Of a stretch of DNA of 64,000 nucleotides, positions 1-11,399 are shown piece by piece. Position numbers and translations under genes: made by a program. The first letter of the stretch is position 1; the number at the start of each line of letters is the position of its first letter. The DNA comes from Octopus sinensis (taxonomy: Eukaryota): positions 6,324,001 through 6,388,000 of the forward strand of contig NC_043006.1 of NCBI RefSeq assembly GCF_006345805.1, in the 5' to 3' direction. The notes below the pieces were generated by a model. That model saw only the letters and a program-made list of their open reading frames with translations, had not been told where the DNA came from and did no database searches.

Positions 1-70
1 GTCGACCTCAGCAGAATTTGAACTCAGAATGTAACGGCAGGCAAAATACCGCTAAGCATTTTGTCTGGTA
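1..70 (-). mobile_element. SINE family D fragment (head and central part; runs off window)
   Basis: Reverse complement matches the 1270-1505 element (ttctgagttcaaattctgctgaggtcgac). Confidence 0.7.
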
Positions 71-620
71 AAAGGTAAGTTTACATTGAGCCCAGTCAGC
101 CATCCAATTCCACTAACCTGACAAACCCTACTTGATTCCACTTATTCTGCAAGTATCCCCAAGAAAGACATTGCTGTAATGCAATATCACTCCCCATTTT
201 TTTACAGAATTGTAACCATGCATTTAAGTAGAAAATCAATAATGAAACATGTGTGAACTTGTTGGGAATTAAAATATTTAATGGTATTATAAATCATTAC
301 TAATCTCATGAAATACCTAAGTTGTTAATGAATAAAACAGATATAAACTAATAAGGAATTAAAACAAAGATCAAATATAATGTTATCAATCAGCAATAGA
401 GCAGGACAGCAACAAAATAAGGTGTGAAAACTGTGACAGTGAAAGATAGATATTACACACTATTACGGCAGGCCTCCACTAGAAAACTAGATTTGGTGAA
501 TTAGGATACCAAGTTCATTTCTCATTTTGAATTATGTGTTCTGTCAGTGATTAATTCATATTTTTCATCAAAAATGTATGAGTTTAGTGTTGGAAAATGA
601 AACAAACAAGCAAAATTGTA

Positions 621-1010
621 TGAAGGGTGGGCTGAAAAGTTCATAGGCTGACTATGAAGGAGTGATGCTTGAGCTGTGAAATCTTGCATGCATTAATTTC
701 AACTGTGCATTGATTTTTATCAGTTAACCGTACATTAGACTGCTCAAAGAAGACTTGAGAAGCAACTTCTCTTCAAAATGGACAAAACTTGGAATCTTGA
801 TGTGAAGTACTTGCAGAAAAAGGGTTTAGTTCCCAAGAACATTGATGCTGATATGGTTACTACATTAGAGGATGATGCTACAGCTTTATCAACAGTGCCA
901 AAATGATGAGCAGTTGAATTTAAGAGTGGAAGAGACAGTCTTGGAAATGACTCAAATTTTGGATGTCCAGCAACTGCCACCACCATGGAAAACACTGAAT
1001 AAGTTCAGCA
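621..1010 (+). mobile_element. mariner/Tc1 remnant: TIR plus degenerate N-terminal HTH transposase
   Basis: TA then TGAAGGGTGGGCTGAAAAGTTCATAGGCTGAC, the same TIR as 30708-32721. Translation YLQKKGLVPKNIDADMVTTLEDDATALSTV..EFKSGRDSL is mariner-like, with stops. Confidence 0.8.
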
Positions 1011-1269
1011 CATGCTAAGAATTATGCCTGGCATGGTAATGATTTTGCCAGCTCACTGCCTTAACATCGACAACTATTGTTTCTAATTTCGGCACAAGGC
1101 CAGCAGCTTTATGAGAATAAGATGAGCCAGTATCATTGATCCTAGTACCTGATTGGTGCTTTATTTTATTGCCTGCAAAAGGATGAAAGGAAAAGTTAAC
1201 CTCTCTGGGACTTAGATTCAAAATGTTAAGTATAGTAACAAATCCTACAAGGTATTCTTTTTCAGCATA

Positions 1270-1505
1270 AGGCGGCAAGCTGGCAGAAATGTTAGCACAC
1301 CAGGCAAAATGCTTAGCAGTATTTCGTCTGCCGTTACCTTCTGAGTTGAAATTCCACTGAGGTCGACTTTGCCTTTCATCCTTTCGGGGTCGATTAAATA
1401 AGTACCAGTTACGGACTGGGGTCAATATAATCAACTTAATCCGTTTGTCTGTCCTTGTTTGTCCTCTCTGTGTTTAGCCCCTTGGGGGGTAATAAAGAAA
1501 TAGGT
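1270..1505 (+). mobile_element. SINE family D (central motif gtcgactttgcctttcatcctttcggggtcgat)
   Basis: Recurs at about 1083-1200, 9145-9290, 16107-16300, 33940-34140, 41566-41990, 45962-46077 and 59478-59595. Degenerate tRNA-like head. Confidence 0.75.
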
Positions 1506-2394
1506 ATTTTTTTTCAGCATTCTAACAGTTCTGCTATTTCAACATGTTGGTGTAGTCGTTGAAAATTAATTAATGAAGATAATTTTCTGCAAGAAAGGGC
1601 ACAAAGAAAAAAAAGACTGTTTAAAAGTTCAATCAGTTGAATTATTAGGATTCTTTTGTGCACACACAAACACACATATAATTACAGATAGATAGATAAA
1701 CACACAGAGATTAGCACTAAAAAGACCAAGATCATGGTGGCAACCACCTGAGAATCAGAGTGGCTGACCATTTGATGTTGGTGAGGTGAGGTAGGTAAGA
1801 GAGTCACATTTGACAAGTTTGTGCATCTGGGCTCCATTGTTTACCAAAATAGTGGACTGCAACCAGGGAAGAAGTCACTTAATACAGTAGGGAGAGACTG
1901 TACCCCCAGCAAAAGCATCAAGCTGAAAGTTCTAAAATCTCACTGGTTCTGACAGTAGCAAAGTATGGGTAAGAAATATGATCTTAAGAGTGGCAGACAC
2001 CAAGTGGTTAAGGATGTCAAAGTGATGAGTTACCGGAGAGTATTGTGGATCATTTGGATGTCCTGCAGAATGGAAGATTCAGACTTGGAGGAAATGTTGA
2101 AATGTCAGTTTTAATCTTGGATCGATTTGTTCATTCGTGTTTTGGTTACACCTCTTTCATCTTGAATTTATTTGTTCAGACTTTGAAAAAAAAAAAAAAA
2201 AAGACCAGTTGAAAAACCACTATGATTTCTGAAAGGGAAGTTGAAATAAGACCAATATACTATATTAAATACTAGTCTAGCGATTAACTAAGTTAATTTG
2301 TTCCCCACTTTGCTTCCAGTTTACCACGTGAACTAATCTTATTACATATTTTGGACAGTAAATTTGAAAATTTCACCCAATCAATAGTAATTTA

Positions 2395-2799
2395 AGGATC
2401 TTTTTGGTTTGAACGGCAGATTTTTAAAATAATTTCCACATAACTACACACTTTTAAACTTCGTATACTGGTAGAATGTGTTTATAAAACATCTTTTTCT
2501 CTTGGCTTTATTGAGAAAGTTCTATAGTTTGTAAGATATTTGTTGTTTTTTTCTTCAATTTCAACCAATCAGTGACGTCTCTTGAGGTGAAAACATTCTG
2601 TGCCGTATGAATATGTCCCCCGTTTAAGAAACAGATTAGGTTTATTTACATTTGTGAAGAAAAAAAAAGATATCCTTCCCCCCACCCCTAACCCTAGAAC
2701 AGATTGAAATGCAATAGATCGATACTAGGGTCATAATTACGGGTGACAATTTCATATGACACCGCTAGAAAAAACTGCCGTTCAAACCGAAAAGATCCC
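2395..2799. mobile_element. MITE with ~30-bp TIRs and 6-bp TSD
   Basis: Ends (A)GGATCTTTTTGGTTTGAACGGCAG and CTGCCGTTCAAACCGAAAAGATCCC, flanked by AATTTA at 2389-2394 and 2800-2805. Second copy at 9651-10061. Confidence 0.88.
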
Positions 2800-3260
2800 A
2801 ATTTAATAAATATATTGTCAACAATCTTCATGTAAAAATATAAGCAACTCTACTACTGAGCCATTATAATACAGACGATATCAAAAGACGTCTATCGTCC
2901 CTTCTTTATTTTAACCAGCTCATACGAAAATACCACAGCAAATATTTCTGATAAACTTAAAATCTGTTTTTAAGAGAAGTACCAAGTTTTGCCAGTAATT
3001 CTTATATTGGGAATTAGGCATAAAATCGGGGGAAAGAAAAGAAACTTGTAAAATCTATGTAGAATCAAAGAAAAATTTTTATTAAAAGTTGTAGAAATCA
3101 AGTGAAAACTTTAACGACGGAAATATGTTTTAATAACTAGTTTGAGATGTTGGGGGTAGCGAATCAGTTCCCAACAAAATATTTCTTCATTTGATTTAAT
3201 ACTGTTTATAATTTTCGTAACAGAAAAAAAATTGTGTTAATAAGCATAATTAGTGAAGGG

Positions 3261-3437
3261 ATTGGAAATAATTTGGAGATAGCTAAATTTATTTATTAAA
3301 AATAGTTAGATCTGCGCACTTTGTTTTAATTATCAAAAACAATCAACGAGAAAGCAGCGTTTTGATTGGACAGAGAGAAATCTGATTATCCAATTGAAAT
3401 GTGAAGACAGGTGCGCGCGAAACTGGAAAAATATAAA
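3261..3437 (+). promoter_or_regulatory. Histone-type core promoter of H3.3 copy 1
   Basis: ATTGG at 3261-3265 and 3365-3369, CCAAT at 3390-3394, TATAAA at 3432-3437, about 57 nt before the ATG. Confidence 0.7.
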
Positions 3438-3445
3438 TTCAGTAG

Positions 3446-3904
<459 letters not shown>

Positions 3905-3925
3905 ATTCTCTTGAATTTTACAAAC

Positions 3926-3941
3926 GGTCCTTTTAAGGGCC
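3926..3941 (+). terminator. Histone mRNA 3' stem-loop (SLBP-type)
   Basis: AAAC-GGTCCT-TTTA-AGGGCC-AATCA: 6-bp stem and 4-nt loop, 21 nt after the stop, followed by purine-rich CAAAGTAACGGAAG (candidate downstream element). Confidence 0.9.
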
Positions 3942-4010
3942 AATCACAAAGTAACGGAAGTCTCTTCATCATCTCTTATATGATGTGTACCCTTTTTAAG
4001 TTTAAACGCA

Positions 4011-4016
4011 AATAAA
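4011..4016 (+). promoter_or_regulatory. Candidate poly(A) signal AATAAA downstream of H3.3 copy 1
   Basis: AATAAA 70 nt after the stem-loop. The motif is common by chance in AT-rich DNA. Confidence 0.4.
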
Positions 4017-4682
4017 CCATCTTGAAATTTTTTTCTCTTAGCTGGAATATGAAATTTTTATCCATTTTACGAGAAACTAAGTGAAGTGCAACGAACATTT
4101 ATTTTTTTTTAAACCAGACAACACATTTACCAAAAAAAAGGGTTCGGTGGAATTTATTTTGGATTGTTTTCTTGCCAATTATATATTAATGAAATCTATT
4201 TTTCTGAATCAGCCAAATACCAACATTGGTCAAGTATGACAAAAGTTTAAGGAGTCGTCTTAGCTGTGCATTCAAAGACCTTCATTATTAAAACAAAACG
4301 AAGTTTTCGGCACTACTTAAATAAGAGGTCCCGATGCATCTACTTAATGATATTTTTACTGTGCACACGTTCGGGTTAGTATTTGGGCTATCTGGTTACG
4401 TAGATGAGTGGGGACCTCTGCATTCAAGTAGTGCTAGGTTTTTAAAATTCTAGAATGAATAGTCGGACAGTTAAGGTCTAATGAAATTTATATGTAGGTG
4501 TTTGAGATGTCAGGAACGATCGATTCTCTATTGAATTAACCTCACATGGTGGCTGGAGTACCTTTTGATCAAAAGTTTGCTTTCTCAAAACCGGTTGCTA
4601 CATAATCATTTGAAAAATTTACTCAAAGATTAAAGGTTCCAACGTCCATTTTTTTTTAAAAATTACATATTTTCAAACATCA

Positions 4683-4731
4683 TTTCATTTCATCTAGTTT
4701 CAGCTCACGAGCTGTGGCCATGCAGGGGCAT
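4683..4731 (-). mobile_element. Isolated 3' tail of CR1-A-type LINE/SINE
   Basis: Reverse complement TGCCCCTGCATGGCCACAGCTCGTGAGCTGAAACTAG matches the CR1-A end at 51572-51608. Confidence 0.65.
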
Positions 4732-7530
4732 GAATTTTTTTTTGTAAACATTTTGCTAGTGTAATGTTAAGTTTCTCAACTTCACGAACCACCCAGTGTT
4801 AGCAAGGTTAAGTTTTGGTCATTACCTCGAAGATAGGAAATCTAATTATTTCAATGATGCTTTTGTAACTTACTTTTACCCCTTTGAAAAAAAAAAAAAA
4901 AAAAAAATCAGTTCACGTAGCTTGGTTTTAGTACTACAGGATTTTTTTTTTTATACAATAAAATTTCTACACGTTTCTTATTGTAAACGGTTAAGATGCA
5001 GTTTAGATAATTATTAGACAGGACGTTATCTAATTTAGGACTAAATATCTAATCCTTCGTAGAATCCACATACTTTATACCTTATGTAAGGTAACCTTAA
5101 ATTTGAACGAGCGATAAAATGTTGGATAAAAAGAATCCGTAAAATGCATTTTGCCGCCTATTCTGGGCTTTCATTTCCTTTTTTTTTTTTTAATATAGTC
5201 GATATAATGGAGAGAAGAGATTTTTTTTCCCCCTCAGAAGCAATTTCGTTAAGGATTGCCTGCATGTGTGCTTTTTTTAGGAAACTCCGCCCGTCTTTAG
5301 CGAGAAATTAATTTCGTAGAAAGGTGTTTTATAGTTTGGAAAGAATAACTGGTGTATCACGTGACACCACCAATTAATTTGAAGCTAATTGAGCATTTAA
5401 GCTTCAGCCATCCATGTTCGACTTTTGAAATCAGAAATCGTTGCTTGTCAGCATAGATTTTGAAAAGGAAGCCAGTCTCTTAAAATTATAGCACAAACCA
5501 ACTGGAGAAGGGGAGCTATTAACTGGTCACCAGACCGACTAAAAATAGCAGCTCATCTTAAAGTCTTAGAAAACTGACTGGCTATACAACACTGTATCCG
5601 ATTTTCTTATGAAGAAGCTAAGAAAGCTTCTAACTGTTAGCCTACTTTTTACCAAAGGACATCTAGAGAAATGCGAGTACGTGGAAACACTTGCTGGATT
5701 TTAATTTTGCTAGGGTTTTCCATTTACTGCCTAGAATTAGAGGTATTCCAAGCAAACAGTGGTCCCAGTATTTGTGTAAAAAAAAATATATACATTGTTT
5801 TAAAAAATAATTTATTTACTCAGTTCAAAAAATTATTTACAAGTCGTAGGATCGACTACTTACGACTAGCTGTTCGCTAATAGTACCCTAGAATTATACT
5901 ATTCCACGATAGGATTATTAAAAAATCGACGGATCATGTGTAAACTCTGCCGAATTTTCCTTTATCTTTACTGCTTCACCTAAATTTGTAAATCTTGTTT
6001 CGCCGTTATCATTGACTGTATTGTTTTTAGTTAACCATAATGAACGTTAGGGCAGAAGTACATACAATACGTACACTGTTTTCGGCGTAACAAAATCTCT
6101 AACACCGGGTGTACGTATTCTTTACTTTAGCCCATGTTAGAATATTTAAACTGATCAAACTTCCCCAGCAGCAAGCACTAACCTCCAGCTTCCTAGTATG
6201 AGTTTCGAGAAAAGTAAAAATTAAAATGGAAAACCTGAAATGACGAAATGTACTTCGAATTTATGTGTTCGGCATTGATGAGGTTGTCATTTGCACAGTA
6301 GTGATTTATTTTTTTAATCTTTGCATATAAGTAAATGGGGACATTCCGGAGTCCTGTAAAATTTATTTTCAAAAAAACAGTAGTTGAACTATTTCATTAC
6401 GAGGGTAATGCAGTTTCGCACCTCTCCATGAAAAATGCATTTTCTTTTTTTGAAAATCTTCCGGATTCCTACATTTTAGATGTCGGCGATTACGAATATG
6501 AAGAAAGAAAAAAATTTAATTTCATCCCGACCCCATTAAAATTTGTTTGGAGCCTGGTGCAGCCTTCTGGCTTTCCATACCCCGGTCGAACCGTCCAACC
6601 CATGCTAGCATGGAAAACGGACGTTAAACGATGATGATTTACTTTAAAAGAGATCGTAGCGAATTGACGAACGTATGCAAATCGAAATTAAATACAAAAA
6701 TATTGAACTGAAAAGAATTTGTCAACTAAATGTGGCAGTCCTTAATATAAGACGGGGTTTCCCAGGAAGACATCTCTTATACACATTTATATGCTTATTC
6801 AATTTAGGATTTTGAAAATGGTCTCTCGCATATTCGGAATCTTCATCATCCAAAGCATAACGAAGAAAATTTCGAAAGTTTTAAATTTTAAATGTTTTTT
6901 TTTTTCTTTTTGCATATTCGTAATCTCCGACATCTAAAACTTAGGGATACGGCATTAGTCCCTCCATTACTTGATATTAGTACCCCATTACTTATCCTTT
7001 CAACAGGGAACTACGTTCTGGCTTGTAAAATACTTAATCGACAACCATGAGCACATGTAACAGCTTCGTTTATTCAAAATAAAGTGAAAATAAAACTGGA
7101 CATTGATTTCCTTTTTTTTGGCCTTTTTACTCTCGATGCTGAAAGCAATTGAAATACAAAAGACTATACTCGTCTGCAATCAGTTTATTTCAAATACAAG
7201 CGTCAGAATATTTTATTTTGGCCATATCATGTTCGTATAGTTCACATTATTCTTCGATACAGTTACCTTTATTAAACGTTTTTTTCCCAGAAATTTAATA
7301 ACAAGTTAGCCTGTACTTCTTGAAAGTACCCATAGAAATTAACTTCAACGAACTAATATATTATTTGTAAACGTGAAGTTTCGTGTGACAATACGTATTC
7401 AAGTCACGTTTAAATTTTCATAGTAATAAAATTGATGACCATTTTTCTTAGACTGGTTTTTAGATCACAACCTAAAAAAAAAAATAGAGTATACATGAGA
7501 TGATGAAGAGACTTCCGTTACTTTGTGATT

Positions 7531-7546
7531 GGCCCTTAAAAGGACC
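7531..7546 (-). terminator. Histone mRNA 3' stem-loop of copy 2
   Basis: + strand GGCCCTTAAAAGGACC = GGTCCTTTTAAGGGCC on the - strand. Confidence 0.9.
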
Positions 7547-7567
7547 GTTTGTAAAATTCAAGAGAAT

Positions 7568-8026
<459 letters not shown>

Positions 8027-8034
8027 CTACTGAA

Positions 8035-8211
8035 TTTATATTTTTCCAGTTTCGCGCGCACCTGTCTTCACATTTCAATTGGATAATCAGATTTCTCTCT
8101 GTCCAATCAAAACGCTGCTTTCTCGTTGATTGTTTTTGATAATTAAAACAAAGTGCGCAGATCTAACTATTTTTAATAAATAAATTTAGCTATCTCCAAA
8201 TTATTTCCAAT
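8035..8211 (-). promoter_or_regulatory. Core promoter of H3.3 copy 2
   Basis: Mirror of 3261-3437 (TATAAA, CCAAT boxes). Confidence 0.7.
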
Positions 8212-9650
8212 CCCTTCACTAATTATGCTTATTAACACAATTTTAATACGAGAACTATCATTTATTAACCATCAGTTCGTAAAATGAACAGCTATTCTGC
8301 AGACGTTTTCAGCAAATCTTATAAGAAATATAGGAATCAAGTCCCATAGCTTTTCCTTTTGTCGCCATCAAAAAGCAACTTTTTAATTTCTGTTCCTAAC
8401 TTTTCACAGCCGTCTACATTGACTTCGTTATTGGTTCTTGACACGACTTCAAATTTGTTTCAACGAAACAAAATAAAGCTCTACTTATTCTTACAACATA
8501 GAAATAGGAATGAGAACTATCATTTATTAACCATCAGTTCGTAAAATGAACTAGAAATAGCAGCCAATTCACAGCCGAAATTTTATGTCACTCATCAAAG
8601 GGAGGACACGTTGTACATCGCAGTCGTAGATATTCTGAAAAAGACAGGGTAGCCACGGCTGGAATACTTTTTAACGTAGGTCTAAGTTATTAATTTTCAC
8701 GCGGGGTTAAACAACGTCATGAATACATAAAGTATTATATGAAGTTGGTGGAAAGAAGACATGATTTATAAAGAAAGTTTACGTAGGTCCGGCAGGGATT
8801 TGTTTTCGCACCTTTTAGAAATTACACTGAAAATCTTAACCACGGAAATGTAATGTTTTAGCAAATATAATTTGAGATGTCTGGGTGGGGAAATCAATTC
8901 CAGGAAATATTTCTTCATTTGATCTAATGTCGTTTATTATTTTGAGAACAAAAAGTTGCGTTTACTATGTATGACTGATGAAAGAATTCGAAATACGAAC
9001 GTCAAATAGGAAATTACAAAAAAGTCTTAGTAACACTAAGTTGTTGAAGTAGATTTAATAAGTCCCTGGCGATGAATGGTTAATAGTCAAAGGGAGACAA
9101 TCGAGTTCGCACTGCACTTTTGAAAATGTTCTCAAATTATGGTTTCGAATTTTGGCACAAGGCCAGCAATTTCAGCGAAGGGTCCTAGGACCTAGACTCG
9201 AGGTCGATTATATCTGGTAATTGTTTTATCAACCCCTGAATGGATGAATGGTAAAGTCAACTTCGGCAGAATTTGAACCCAGAACGAGAAGAGGTGTATA
9301 GCATAAGAAACATCATCATCATCATCATCATCATCGTCGTTTAACATCTGCTTTCCATGCTGGCATGGGTTCGACGGTTTGACTGAGGGCTGGCAAGCTA
9401 AGTGGCTGTATCAGGCTTCAATCCAATCTGGCAAAGTTTCTACAGCTGGATGCTCTTCCTAACGCCAACCACTCCCAGAGTGTAGTGGGTGTTTTTATGT
9501 GCCACCAACACGTGCTCAGTTCGCTGCCTTGACCAAAGTTTTCTCATAATCTCCACATATTTAAATGGCAATACATAAGCAACCTAACACGCATTTAAAA
9601 CATTTGCCATCGATTAATTAGCGTGAGAGACAAATCAATACTACTTTACG

Positions 9651-10061
9651 GGGATCTTTTCGGTTTGAACGGCAGTTTTTTAAAAATAATTTCCACGTAA
9701 CTAAACACTTTTAAACTTCGTATACTGGTAGAATGTGTTTATAAAACATCTTTTCCTCTGGGCTTTATTGAGAAAATTCTGTAGTTTGTAAGATATTTGT
9801 TGTTTAATTTCTTCAATTTCTGCAATTTCAACCAATCAGTGACGTCTATTGAGGTGAAAACATTCTGTGCCGTATGAATATGTCCCTCGTTTAAGAAACA
9901 GATTGGGTTTATTTACATTTCTGAAGAAAAAAAGGTACCCTTCCCCCCACCCTAACCCTAAAACAGATTGAAATGCAATAGATCGATACTAGGGTCATAA
10001 TTATGGGTGACAATTACATGACACCGCTAGAAAAAACTGCCGTTCAAACCGAAAAGATCCC
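9651..10061. mobile_element. MITE, second copy of the 2395-2799 family
   Basis: GGGATCTTTTCGGTTTGAACGGCAG and CTGCCGTTCAAACCGAAAAGATCCC ends; flanks TTTACG/TTTACT (5 of 6 match). Confidence 0.88.
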
Positions 10062-10190
10062 TTTACTGTTACAAGGGGTCACAACGAAACTATAACATTA
10101 TGAAAAACAGGATAGTTTCCAAAATTTGTGTGCTAGTGATCGTCTGAAACAGCACGAACCCGTTAGATTTAGGGCTCTGTAAAAAAAACA

Positions 10191-10583
10191 TGAGGAGTGG
10201 CTGTGTGGTAAGTAGCTTGTTTACCAACCACATGGTTCCGTGTTCAGTCCCACTGCGTGGCACCTTGGGCAAGTGTCTTCTACTATAGCCTCGGGCCGAC
10301 CAAAGCCTTGTGAGTGGATTTGGTAGACGGAAACTGTCGTATATATGTATATATATATATATATATGTGCGTGTATGTGTCTGTGTTTGTCCCCCTAGCA
10401 TTGCTTGACAACCGATGCTGCTGTGTTTATGTCCCCGTCACTTAGCGGTTTGGCAAAAAAGACCGATAGAATAAGTACTGGGCTTATAAAGAATAAGTCC
10501 CGGGGTCGAGTTGCTCGATTAAAGGCGGTGCTCCAGCATGGCCGCAGTCAAATGACTGAAACAAGTAAAAGAGAGTAAAGAGT
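10191..10583 (+). mobile_element. SINE family C (tRNA-like head, internal microsatellite, CR1-like tail)
   Basis: Near-full copies at 17445-17843 (-) and 60950-61155 (+, 3' half); fragments at 21180-21300, 58560-58720 and 58775-58850. Head TGGCTGTGTGGTAAG...GTTCAGTCCC. Confidence 0.85.
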
Positions 10584-10712
10584 AAGTGTTTCAGGCTAGA
10601 CTTTATGTCAGAGAAGAAATGAAGCATGGAAAGTTAGATGCAACAAAATCCACTTTCTGGGCGGCTTGGAGTGGTGATATATCAATGATGTGTGAACATC
10701 AAACGATATATA

Positions 10713-11117
10713 TCTTTATATCTTTATATATAAAAGTCAAGTTGTGCTGTCTGTCCCCTACGATTTAGATTCCTAACTACTCCCACATTTTGCGGTGCAG
10801 TTTAACCAAAACCGGGTATCTTATAGTCGTGATTCATATCGAGTCCTTCTGGGTATTAGCGCGCGTCTACGATGAGTCTACGATTTAAAAAAAAATTTAC
10901 CATAATTTTTTTCCATTTTAATGCATTTTTCGCTATTATATAAGGGAAGTAACTCTCTAAAAATGTCTACGATGAGTCAATGATTTAAAAAAAAATTTAC
11001 CATAATTTTTTTTCCATTTTTAATGCATTTTTTTGCTATTTTTTGGCTATAACTCTCTAAAAATGCTTATATAGTTATTTCCCTTACAAACCGAGCAACA
11101 CCGGGCGATACTGCTAG
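10713..11117 (+). mobile_element. Non-autonomous Helitron-like element
   Basis: Starts TC, ends CTAG, sits between A and T, has a subterminal CCG..CGG hairpin and no TSD. Copies at 31852-32288 (-) and 62205-62601 (+). Confidence 0.8.
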
Positions 11118-11399
11118 TTTGCAATAAAACAAAAATATGATCATGTGAAGTATATTTTCCACTCAAATGTGGCTAACCACTAAGGGTAGATGTTACTACA
11201 GCGTGTAGCCCCAGGAGAACACCTCCTCCAGCTGGCTATTGACACTTTCTGTGCCCCATCGGTATTTGCAAAGGGAAGCCATCCTTCCCATCTTAGAATG
11301 AATTGACACTGTCCAAGGCAGGCGGGTGAGGCAATCGTGCAGTTCCGCATGCTTCCATCAAGGTGTTGAGGGTCTATAGCGTGGTATAGCATAAGAAGC

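Noticed and set aside
6773-6786. 14-nt match (TCTCTTATACACAT) to the Tn5/Nextera mosaic end
   Set aside because: Only 14 of 19 nt match with mismatched flanks, so it is probably chance. Worth a glance at reads if the H3.3 inversion is questioned.
8975-8993. CTGATGA...GAAA hammerhead-like core
   Set aside because: Stem II closing pair, stem III and stem I cannot be formed.
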